Counted from the first letter of the stretch, positions 53,192-63,707 are shown. The stretch: DNA of 64,000 bases from Mobula hypostoma (GCF_963921235.1 NC_086108.1:58964001-59028000); one strand, 5' to 3'. Notes: generated by a model not told the origin, from the letters alone. Numbers and translations are program-made.

Positions 53192-53480
53192 TCACCTCAT
53201 AGCCCCCCCGGCGAATCCAAACTCTAGGAGGTCATCCACATACGTCAAAACTCCACACACCTTCACTTCCCCCATGGTCTTCCTCTTGCCCTGCGGGAAG
53301 GATGCAGGGGCTCCGGATATGCTCTTGGGCATCTTTTTGGATCGGAAGAATCCTAGGGAACTAATAACGGCCGTCGTCGGCTCGACAGCCACACTCCTCG
53401 GGATCTGGCAACATCCACTCCTCAGATCCAGCACATTAAACCACGTCGCATAATCCACACACATGCTGCCTCCATCTTCC
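53192..53480 (-). pseudogene. Degenerate, deleted Gypsy RT fragment
   Basis: [35 protein letters not shown] and TYVDDLL; ends just after the YxDD motif. Confidence 0.9.
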
Positions 53481-53689
53481 ACGCCGCTAGGGTCCAGTTG
53501 CCGTGACCTCTCTCTCACTGAGGTGTCTTCAGCGGTCAACTCCCCTCCCTCATGGTAGTTTGGAGCGTCTACTAAGAGGGTCTCACCCTCAGCTACTTTC
53601 CCCAGGCTGTACTACCGCTGGGTCTTGTTTAAATTCAGTACCGGCTCAAGGCTGCTACACATGTCCCCAGAAGCAACTCGACGCGCTGG

Positions 53690-53960
53690 CTGCCCAGACA
53701 ATGCCCCCATGAACTCCAGGGTCATTAACCAATCATTGTCTTCTGGATAACTACTGGCACTGGTACCCAAAATCTCCGGTGCCCTTGCGGTTGTCAAGGG
53801 TAAATGCTTCAGACACTGGTTGTAAAACGAACTGTACAACTTGACCTGTGCCCCGGGGTCGAGGATGGCTTTAGCGTCGCTTCCCTCTATCCGTAATGAC
53901 ACCCTCGGGCGTGGTCCCTCTACGCCTTCAGGAATAGGGTCTTCTCCTTTCGGAAGTTCA
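53690..53960 (-). pseudogene. Degenerate Gypsy aspartic protease
   Basis: PIPEGVEGP...[14 protein letters not shown]: the DTG/DSG site reads DPG. Confidence 0.8.
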
Positions 53961-54099
53961 TTGGTACATTGCTGGGAACATGCTTCCCCAGAGACCCCAA
54001 GCCGTTCCCCCACTGGGCCTTCACTAAGTTTCCCGACACCCCTCTGATTAGCTGAACAACTGACGGAGGGGCTGATCCCCTGAAATGATCCCCCGGCAC

Positions 54100-54600
54100 T
54101 GCAAGCAATTTAGCTGCCCTCCTAGCCAGAGAAGACACACTGAAAACTTTCCCCCCTCTTTCAAATAACTGACAGCTGTCACTCCGGTGTAAGTGAACCT
54201 GACAGCTCTAACACCGTCACCAGCCCGCCTACTCAAACTTTCAACCAATCCCTGTCGCTCTCCCTCCACCGAGCACTGCCACTCATCTAACAACTGAGAG
54301 ATCCACTCTGCCCATGTCTCGCACGTCTCCGCCCCTTTTGGGGTGGACACTATCCCCAGCGCCAGACCGAGCCTGCCAGAGCTAGAACAATTATTCGCAG
54401 ACCCTACCTCCAAATCAGACCACTCTTTCCTCTCTCTCCCAACAGCAAGGACAGCCCCGAGTTCCACCTCCAACTCGTCAATGCTAGTCTGAACTCGAAC
54501 AAAGACCGCACCCACCACGCATGCAGCAATAACCAGCAAATAACCCACAGAGACACACATTACAGATTTAAACAGGGCACCCACACAGCATACAGTAGAC
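54100..54600 (-). pseudogene. Degenerate PNMA-type gag remnant
   Basis: [41 protein letters not shown] resembles the PNMA/Gypsy capsid motif (P.GEE.FE.W....L.EWQ.S..EKR..L.ESL). Confidence 0.8.
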
Positions 54601-54603
54601 CCA

Positions 54604-54621
54604 ATCTGGGACGAGCCTCCA
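54604..54621 (-). other. Primer-binding site, tRNA-Pro-like
   Basis: Minus strand TGGAGGCTCGTCCCAGAT matches the canonical Pro PBS TGGGGGCTCGTCCGGGAT at 15/18, 3 nt after the 5' LTR. Confidence 0.8.
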
Positions 54622-54624
54622 CAT

Positions 54625-55303
54625 TGTAGCCCCCCGGTCACCCTCAGGGTCGTTCGGCTCACTGTCATCTAGGGAAACAGCCCTCGGCCCCGCCAAACTG
54701 GGGTAATAGTTTGTGTGGATGCTGTGTGATGTACCCCACCCCGCCCAAATAACAGACAATATACCAGATACAATTAAATGATTTACAGTTTATAGATATT
54801 ACTGGGACTATATAATTAATAGAGAATAAAATATAAAAGGAAAATAAAAGGCACCACACTTATCAAAGTTCAATCTCTTCGTGCACAAAACAGTTGGAGC
54901 TCAATCAATTCCTGACGACCACCCGGATCCTGTCGACTCACGGCTCGGGACCGGAGCCTTTCCGCACGTCCAGCGTCCTCTCCATCTCCCCTCCTCGCCG
55001 AACACCCCGCTCGGGGTCCCACCCTGTTAGCGGACCCCACAGCACCTGGTCCATTCTCTGTCCCTCTCTCCCGCCTTCTGCCTCAAGACCCCACGCATAC
55101 AGTATCTTCAAATTCACCAAAAACATACAACTATCCCAATTGGTTCATTCGTCCTCATATCAATAGATAATACAAAACAAACCGCTAGCGGGAAGGACTT
55201 TCTTAGTGTTTAACATAACAAAGAAGCATTCCCAAGTATAACATAACAAAGAAGCCATTTTAATTAGCCTCCGTAGTAACATAAAAGATGAAACCCCCTT
55301 ACA
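54625..55303 (-). repeat. 5' LTR (679 bp)
   Basis: TGTAGCCCC...CCCCTTACA on the plus strand; direct repeat of 51169-51844. Confidence 0.96.
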
Positions 55304-56129
55304 TATATATATCTATTCCCACTACCTACACTAACTACTGCATAGCCTTTACTGACATCCCAGTCTGAAATTCATCTCAAACCCCATTTGAAAGTACTTC
55401 CTTTTTACCCCTTTCCAGCTAGCATTCCTGATTATTTCCATACTGGATCAAACTATTGACTCTGTGGTTCAGGAATCTGGAGCCATCACTTGCCCAATTC
55501 CCTCACTGATCCTTAGTGCAGCAACTTCTCCTAAACCCTGACAAACAACATTTAATCCTTGGTCTAAGCCTTCTTACTCATCATCAGCTCATTTCTACCC
55601 CCTTATAATTAATTTCACAATCCATTTGTAACCCTGTCCTGACCTGACACTTGAGGACTCAATCACCTCTCAATGAAATTTGACTCTGAGTCACATAAGA
55701 TGATATGATGACTGAGAGGCAGAAAGCTTGGCTATGACACAGATTTTAAAAGAGAAACTAGATAAAGAGAAATAGAGTTTAAAGAAGAAATGATATAGCT
55801 TCTAGCCATGATATCAAAAAGGCTAACTTCCAATGATGGAGCAAGTACATTTGAAGATACTCAAGTGACCAAGAGCAGGGGATACAGAGTTGTGTGGGAA
55901 AGTATTTTTCACCCAGTGAATGGTTATAAAACTCATATAATCAAACAGGCGTGGAAATAGTCAATCAAATCTCAAGTCTGAATAAACATACAAAAGGAAT
56001 TGTGAGGTCAGAGAGATGGAACTGAATATTCTCCCTCTGCCATACTGATTTGTATTTTCTACAATTGAGGATTTCAAAGGTAGAGCAGAACTGGTAGTGG
56101 AAAAGGACAATCTTAGTTATGGTGCTAAT

Positions 56130-56383
56130 AACAGGAATTCTGCAGATGCTGGAAATTCAAGCAACATACATCAAAGTTGCTGGTGAACGCAGCAGGCCAG
56201 GCAGCATCTATAGGAAGAAGCGCAGTCGACGTTTCAGGCCGAGACCCTTCATCAGGACTAACTGAAGGAAGCTCTGGAAGCCTTCAGTTAGTCCCGACGA
56301 AGGGTCTCGGCCTGAAACGTCGACTGCGCTTCTTCCTATAGATGCTGCCTGGCCTGCTGCGTTCACCAGCAACTTTGATGTAT
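56130..56383. mobile_element. Young PLE-derived fold-back element with hammerhead motifs
   Basis: Arms 56163-56268 and 56281-56386 (106 bp, 2 mismatches, 12-nt loop); 14-bp TSD GTTATGGTGCTAAT (56116-56129 and 56384-56397). Confidence 0.95.
56223..56260 (-). ncRNA. Minimal type I hammerhead ribozyme motif
   Basis: tagtc-CTGATGA-agggtctcggcct-GAAAC-GTC-gactg; the opposite-arm copy (56289-56326) has CCGACGA, a core mutation. Confidence 0.8.
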
Positions 56384-57155
56384 GTTATGGTGCTAATCTT
56401 TGGGTGAAATATGAAAACATAGTGGCATACAACTTGCATAAGTTTCTTACAGGTGCTATTGAGGAGGATGAAGTTGTTGTCGCAAGAACACAAGAATTGA
56501 ACACAAGGGTTTTGCTATTCCCTAATATCCAGTTGGAGGGGATTTCTGCCATTAAGTGCTGTACATCATGCAAGTAGGTCCAGAATTTAGAAATGCAGAA
56601 AGGGCTGAGAAAGGAAGTAGTGAGATCAAACTGGATAATACTTGCATACATGTGAATGTTTACAAAGGTTTGCAAGTTTTATTAAAGATTTAGACTCTGG
56701 AATCCAAAATATAGTTTCTAAATTGACAGAGGAAATAAAATTAGTGGGGATAGCCAAGAATGAGAAGTATCATGACAAATTACAATACAGTGCTAATATA
56801 TTTTCAATATGGCCATATAATTGGCAAATGAATGCCTGTACTGAACAGTGGGAAATATTAAATGTTGTTAAGAAAAATTAAGTTGCCATATATTACTTGA
56901 AAATTGGAAACTAAATGGGGTAGAAAAATAAAGGAGGCTCATAGTCCAATTACACAAATCATTATAACTATGTTAGTAGGGCAATTAAAAAGAAAGCTGA
57001 GCACTATGGTTTATTCCTAGATGAATATAATTAAAGCACAGAGAAGTCATGTTAAATGTTTCAACAGGAATTCTGCAGATGCTGGAAATTCAAGCAACAC
57101 ACATCAAAGTTGCTGGTGAACGCAGCAGGCCAAGCAGCATCTATAGGAAGAGGCG

Positions 57156-57193
57156 CAGTCGACGTTTCAGGCCGAGACCCTTCGTCAGGACTA
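57156..57193 (-). ncRNA. Minimal type I hammerhead ribozyme motif
   Basis: tagtc-CTGACGA-agggtctcggcct-GAAAC-GTC-gactg. Confidence 0.8.
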
Positions 57194-57202
57194 ACGTAAC
57201 TA

Positions 57203-57240
57203 GGGTCCTGACGAAGGGTCTCGGCCTGAAACGTCGACTG
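57203..57240 (+). ncRNA. Minimal type I hammerhead ribozyme motif
   Basis: gggtc-CTGACGA-agggtctcggcct-GAAAC-GTC-gactg. Confidence 0.75.
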
Positions 57241-57786
57241 CGCCTCTTCCTATAGATGCTGCCTGGCCTGCTGCGTTCACCAGCAACTTTGATGTGTGTT
57301 GCTTAAATGTTTCAACTTGGGTTACACTATGCATGGAATTCTTTTCTTGCTAACATGTTTCAAAATTGATTGAGTGACACTAGTCACATATAAAAATGAT
57401 TTCCAAAGATTATACTTTGAGTTGTAAGCCTACACCATCAGCAAAGTGTGAACAGAAAAATCTGTGAATGACGACCTAATCGTCATCTTTAAAATTATTG
57501 AAGGTCTTGATGAAGTTAGACAAAGTAGGATACTTTCCCTTTTGAGAAAGAGCTAATCTGTTATTTGAGAAGGCACCAATAAATCAAAAAGGGAAAAATT
57601 TTTACTCAGACAGACACAAGAATACAGCATACAGAGTGTGGTGTAAATGGATTTAAAAGGAGGTTCGAGAAGCACATGAAGGAGGAAGAATGAAAGGGCT
57701 ATGCATCTTCTTGCTCAGTCTGCATAAGCATTTACAAATTAAGTTAGAGTTTTGTAAGCCTCTGTACGGCTCTGTTGAAAGGGTGG

Positions 57787-59559
57787 CACACACAACATGC
57801 TGAAGGAACTCGACAGGTCAGGTAGCATCTATGGCGGGAAATAAACAGTTGATAATTTGGGCCCAGACCCTTCATCAACACTGGAAAGGAAAGGGGCAGG
57901 GCAGAAACCAGAATGTGAGGGTGTTGTGGGCAGGAGGGGGAGTACAAGCTGGCAGGTGATAGGTAAGACCAGATGAGGGGGAAGACAGGCAGGTGGGGGA
58001 GGAGTATTGATACAAGAAACTGGTAGGTGATAGGTGGAAGAGGTAAAGGGCTGATGAAGAAGGAAGAATCTGATAGGTGAGGGCAGTGGACCATGGAATA
58101 AAGGGAATAAAGTGGGGAACCAGAGGCAGGTGATAGGCAGGTCATGGGGTAGAGGATGAGAAAGAATGAGAAGGTAACCAGAATGGGGAATGGAAGAAGA
58201 GAGAATGAGAGGGTTTGTCAGAAATTGAGGAGAGTGATTAGCAGAAGTTGGAGAAATCAATGTTCATGCCATCAGGTTGCAGGCTGCCCAGATGGAATAT
58301 CAGGTGTTGCTCTTCCAACCTAAGTTTGGCCTCACTGGGGCTATAGAGGAGACCATGTACAGACATGTCAGAATTGGAATGGGAAGTTGAACTGAAATGG
58401 GTAGCCACTGCGAGATCCTGCCTTTCGTGTTGGACAGAACAAAGGTACTCAACAGAGTAGTCTCCCAATCTGCTTTCATTCTCACTGATTTACAGGAAGC
58501 TGCTCCAGGAGTACGGGATGAAGTGGATAACCCCGGCAGACTCCCAGGTAAGGTGTTGCCTCCTCTGGAGTGCCTGTTTGGGGCCCTCAATTGTGGTGAG
58601 GGAAGAGGTGTAGCACTTGTCACATTTTCAGAGATAAGTGTAGATCAGTGGGGAGGGATGAGTAGACAAGAGAGTCATGTGGAGAACAACACCTACAGAA
58701 AGTGGAGGGGGTGTGGGTAGAAAAAGATGTGCTTAGTGATAGAATCCAGTTGAAGATGCTGGAAGTTATGGAGAATAGTGTACTGGATATGAAGGTTCTT
58801 GGGGTGGTAGACAATGACAAGGGGATCTCTATCCCTATTACAAAGGAGGGGGAACAGAAGTACAGGAAATGGTGGAGGGCAGCATCAATGGTAGTGGAAA
58901 TAAAACCCCAGTTTTAGAAAAATGAGGACATCTTAGATGTTCTGGAAAGAAGCCCTCATCCTGAAAATTGATGCAGTGGAAATGAAAGAACTGAGAAAGG
59001 GAAATAGCATTTTTACAAATGACAGAGTGGGAAGAGGTATATTCAAAGTAATTGTGAGCCAGTGGATTTATAAAGAATGCCAATGGATAGTCTGTCTCCA
59101 AAATGGAGACAGAGAAATTGAGAAAGGTGACAGAGGTGTCAGAAATGGATCTGGTAAATCTGAGGACAAGTGAAAACTGGAGAAAAGAAAATGATGAAAT
59201 TGACAAGTTCAACATTGATGCAGGATGCAGAATCAATGTGGTTGTCAATGTAGTGAAGAAGGAGTTGGGAAACATTACCAGTGTACTTTGCAACATGAAC
59301 TGATCCATGTAGCTGATAAAAAGACAAGCAAAGCTGAGGCCCATCTGAGTGCCCACGGCTACATTTTGGAGAAAGCAGGAGCAGTAGAAAGAGAAAGAAA
59401 ATTGCTGAGGGTAAGATCCAATTCTGTCTGATGGAGGAGAGTGGAACATTGACTGATTATTTCCCTCCATGGATGCTGCCTAACCTGTTAAGTCCTTCCA
59501 GCATTTTTGTATCTGTTGGTCAAGATTTCCAGCATCTGCATAAGTTCTTTTGTGTTAAC
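57787..59559 (-). mobile_element. 5'-truncated PLE (RT C-terminal half, GIY-YIG, pLTR) with an inverted 5' pLTR
   Basis: VAVGTQMGLSFACLF and LLHYIDNHID (RT motifs); EQHLIFHLGSLQPDGMNIDFSNFC (endonuclease end); inverted pLTR at 59445-59557; imperfect TSD tgaaagggtgg / tgagagggtag. Confidence 0.9.
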
Positions 59560-59792
59560 TGAGAGGGTAGTAATGTCTAGAATATTTCCACTGAATTTGT
59601 ATTCAAGGTATGATGTGATGGTATGGTCCATTGTTTGAAATAATGAAAGGTTTGGTTCACTACGTATTAATTAAAAATAATATCACTGCTTGACTTTAAC
59701 TTCAATGTCCTTTTGATATCCTGTTTGGAACTATCCTGCTTCTTTGGGTATCCATAAGATCCACAAGACCATAAGAAAGTAAGATATAGGAG

Positions 59793-60304
59793 TTCTACGA
59801 GTCTGTGGTGGCCAGTGCTATCACGTTTGCTGTTGTGTGCTGGGGCAGCAGGCTGAGGGTAGCAGACACCAACAGAATCAACAAACTCATCCGTAAGGCC
59901 AGTGATGCTGTGGGGATGGAACTGGACTCTCTCACGGTGGTGTCTGAAAAGAGGATGCTGTCTAAGTTGCATGCCATCTTGGTCAATGTCTCCCATCCAC
60001 TACATAATGTACTGGGTGGGCACAGGAGTACATTCAGCCAGAGACTCATTCCACCGAGATGCAGCACTGAGCATCATAGGAAGTCATTCCTGCCTGCGGC
60101 CATCAAACTTTACAACTCCTCCCTTGGAGGGTCAGACACCCTGAGCCAATAGGCTGGTCCTGGACTCATTTCATAATTTACTGGCATAATTTACATATTA
60201 CTATTTAACTATTTATGGTTCTATTACTATTTATTATTTATGATGCAACTGTAACAAAAACCAATTTCCCCCGGGATCAATAAAGTATGACTATGACTAT
60301 GACT
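59793..60304 (+). mobile_element. Young Rex-Babar-type LINE 3' fragment
   Basis: ORF 59805-60152 VASAITFAVVCWG..RINKLIRKAS..HPLH..SFLPAAIKLYN; tail gggatcaataaagtatgactatgactatgact. Confidence 0.88.
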
Positions 60305-60879
60305 AGAATTAGGTAATTTGGCTCAGATTCTGCTCTGCCATTTCATCATAGCTGATCCATTTCCCTCTCAGCCCCAGTCTCCTGACTTCTTTCTGTAACC
60401 CTGACTAATCAAGAATTTATCAAACTCTGCCTTAATTATACCCAATGACTTGCCCTCCACAGCCATCTAAGGCAATGAATTCCACAGATTTACCACTCTC
60501 TGGCTAAAGAAATTCCTCTTCATCTGCGTTCTAAATGGATGTCCCTCTATTCTGAGGCTGTGCCCTCTGGTATTAGACTCTGCTACCATAGGTAACTACC
60601 TCTGCACATCAACACTAATGAGGCCTTCTAACATTCGATAGGTTTCAATGAGAACCCCACTCATTCTTCAGAATTCCAGTGAGAACAGGGCAGAGCCATC
60701 AAACACTCCTCATATGATAAACCTTTCAATTCCAGAATCATTTTCCTGAACCTCCTTTGAATCTTCTCCAATGTCAGCACAGCATTTCTTAGATAAGGGG
60801 CCCAAAACTGCTGACAATTCACCAAGAAAGGCCTCACCAATGCCTTAGAAAGGTTCAATATTATATCCTTGCATTTATG

Positions 60880-61755
60880 TGTAACCGGGTGACCATCGGA
60901 ACTTATTTAGTATCGTTAAAAGTGTACTTAGGCATCCATCTGGGTAATGCAGAATAGTTGCCTGTGCCTTTAAGGGAGACGGTGATGTCATTACGCACGC
61001 GCGGGATAGTGGGGAGACCATTTTGCTTTCTGCTGAAGACGTGGTAAGGCGTTGGGATTTGGGCTCCTCCTGAGGCTGGGCATGGTGAGGAAAGGTGAGC
61101 ATAAATTGACATATCCATGTGAATTAATTTATGCTTGCTGGCGAATTGAGAGTATCGGTAGTTTGACATGTTTTACATGTAGATGCTTTAGATTTTCTCG
61201 AGTGAATGACTCAACGCTGGATCGTGTGGCTTGGGCAAAGTTCCTCACCATCCAAGTAGGTCAGGCTTCCTGTAATTTAACTACCAGGCAGTACCTTGTA
61301 AAAGTTGTGCCAAAGTGTACCTTTTGTCTAACTTTATTGTATCAGGACTGATTGTGCATGTAACCGCGTAGCATGAATGTTTCATCTCTGTTCGGAAGTT
61401 CGGCACGAGTGTACGTCTTGGATGAGATGTATTTGCTTACATTTTTCGCTGTTATGTATAAGATGCAGGGTGGGTGGGATTCTAGTGTTGTTTGTATTGT
61501 GTTCCTTCAGGATTGCCACTACCGTATTTGTACCATATTAGTTCTGGTATTTTTTTATACTGCATACGCAATTCTGTCCATACACAAGGGTGTGAATTGG
61601 AAGTTAAACTGAGATTGTAACGGCGAGAACTGTTTGTAAATTCGTTCGTTTTGTCTCACGATCCTCTACTGGCACTTAAACATTGAAAACCGATAAAGGA
61701 ATTAAAACCCAAAGAAGTCTTTGTTGTCTGAGCGTGTACTTTTCCCCAGGCTACA
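60880..61755. mobile_element. Solo LTR (876 bp)
   Basis: Ends TGTAACC...GGCTACA; flanks TATG/TATA; CR1 sequence is continuous on both sides. Confidence 0.82.
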
Positions 61756-63659
61756 TATACTTTAGTATTTTCAAAATGAATGCTAATGTTGCATTTACCT
61801 TCCTCACCACAGTTTCAACCTACAAATTACCTTTAGGGAATCCTGCACGAGGACTCCTAAGTCCCTTTGCACCTCTGATTTTTGAATTTTCTCTCCATTT
61901 AGAAAATAGTCTACACTTTTATTTCTTCTACCATAGTGCATGACCATACACTTTTAAACACTGTATTCCATCCGCCACTTCTTTACCCATTCTCTTAATC
62001 TGTCTGTCCTTCTGCTTCCTCAACACTACCTGCACCTCCACCTATCTTTGCATAATCCACAAATTTGCCCACAAAGCAATCAATTCCATCATCCAAATTA
62101 CTGACATATAATGTAAAAAGAAGTGGTCCTAACACAGACCCCGGTGGAACACTACTAGTCACTGGCAGCCAATCAGAAAAGGCTTCCTTTATTCCCACTC
62201 CTGCCAATCAGCCAATGCTCTATCCATGCTACTCTTTCCTAAAATTTCCTGTAACTTTATAAGCAGCCTCATGTGTAGCACTTCGTCAAAGGCCTTCTGA
62301 AAATCCAAGTACACCACACTCACTGATTCTCCTTTGACTATTCTGCTTGTTATTTCTTCAAAGAACTATAACAGATTTGTCAAGCAAGATTTTCCCTTAA
62401 GGAAATCATACTGACTTCAGCTTATTTTATCATGTGCCTCCAAGTACCCTGAAGTCAAATCCTGACAATCAGCTCCAACATCTTCCTAACCATTGAGGTC
62501 AGACTAACTGTCCTATAACTTCCCTTCTTGAAGATTGGAATAACATTTGCAATTTTCCAGAACCATTCCAGAATCTAGTGATTCTTGTAAGATCGTTACT
62601 AATGCCTCCACAGTTTCTTCAGCCACCTCTTTCAGAAGCCTAGGATGTACACCAGGTGATTTATCTACCGTCAGACCTTTCAGTTTCCAAAGCACCTTCT
62701 CCCTAGTAATAGCAACTGTACTCACTGGGCACCCTGACATTCCTGAACTTCCAGCACACTGACAGTGTCTTCCACAGTGAAGTCTGATGCAAAATACTTA
62801 TTCAGTTCATCTGCCATTTCCTTATCTCCTATTACTACCTCTCCAGCATAATTTTCCTGCAGTCCAATATCTTCTCTTGCCTCTCTTTTACTCTTTATAT
62901 GTCTGAAAAAGCTTAGGTATCCTCCTTAATATTATTGGCTAGTTTACCTCCATATTCCATCTTTTGTCTCTTTATGACTTTTTTAGTTGCCTTCTGTTGG
63001 CTTTTAAAAGCTTTCCAATCCTTTAACCCCATTAATTTTTGCTCTATATGCCCTACCTTTGGCTTTTATGCTGGCTTTAACTTCTCTTGTTACCCATGGT
63101 TGTGTCATCTTGCCTGCAGAGTAACATTATCCAAAATAGTATACTTATTACTGAGGGGAATGGCCACAGGGCTACTCTGTACTGGCTGTCCATTTCCCTT
63201 TCTTCTCCTGACAATCACCCAGTTATCTGCCTTCTGCAACCTAGGGGTGATTATCTCCCTGTAACTGCTATCTATAACTTCCTCAGTCTCCCATATGAGC
63301 AGAAGGTGATCAAGCTGCAGTGCTAGTTCCTTAACATGTTCTCTGAGGAGCTGCAGCTCAGTGCACCTAACTTTGGAGAACACAGCACAGACTCTGGAGC
63401 CGTATTCACTGCACTAACTCTGCCCCAACAGATGACAAATGAAGAAGCTTCCAAATCCTCTAACTTCCCATTAATTTTTGCTCTATTATATGCCCTCTCT
63501 CTGGCTTTTATGTTGGTTTTGACTTCTCTTGTTACCCACGATTGTGCCATCTTGTCTGTAGAGTAACATTATCCAAAATAGTATACTTATTATTAAGGGG
63601 AATGGCCACAGGGCTACTCTGTACTGGCTTCCCATTTTTCTTTCTCACCCAAGCCTGAT

Positions 63660-63707
<48 letters not shown>
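63660..63707. repeat. (GAACCA)8 microsatellite
   Basis: Directly visible. Confidence 0.97.

Larger units (their letters stand above)
51169..55303 (-). mobile_element. Non-autonomous Gypsy/Ty3-type LTR retrotransposon (4.1 kb) with a captured myosin fragment
   Basis: Two LTRs of about 680 bp, TSD TATA (51165-51168 and 55304-55307), tRNA-Pro-like PBS, PPT, degenerate PNMA-type gag, protease and partial RT. Confidence 0.95.
57066..57302. mobile_element. Young PLE-derived fold-back element with hammerhead cores in both arms
   Basis: Arms 57092-57191 and 57205-57304 (100 bp, 1 mismatch, 13-nt loop); TSD TTAAATGTTTCAAC (57052-57065 and 57303-57316). Confidence 0.95.
56560..57705 (+). mobile_element. 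Very old CR1 RT relic, host of the 57 kb fold-back
   Basis: FIKDLDSGIQNIVSKLTEEIKLVG...WQMN (ORF 56642-56881) and later decayed CR1 3' words. Confidence 0.6.

Noticed and set aside
52554..53195. Myosin-like ORF as an exon of a functional host myosin gene
   Set aside because: It is enclosed by LTRs between RT and pol-tail remnants, has internal deletions and helix-breaking substitutions, and the adjacent frame has a stop
56130..57302. Fold-back elements as DNA-transposon MITEs or miRNA genes
   Set aside because: The arms match the ends of PLE RT/GIY-YIG copies in this window, are asymmetric, and have long variable TSDs
63660..63707. (GAACCA)n as a telomeric or CRISPR-like array
   Set aside because: A simple hexamer repeat without spacers, and not TTAGGG
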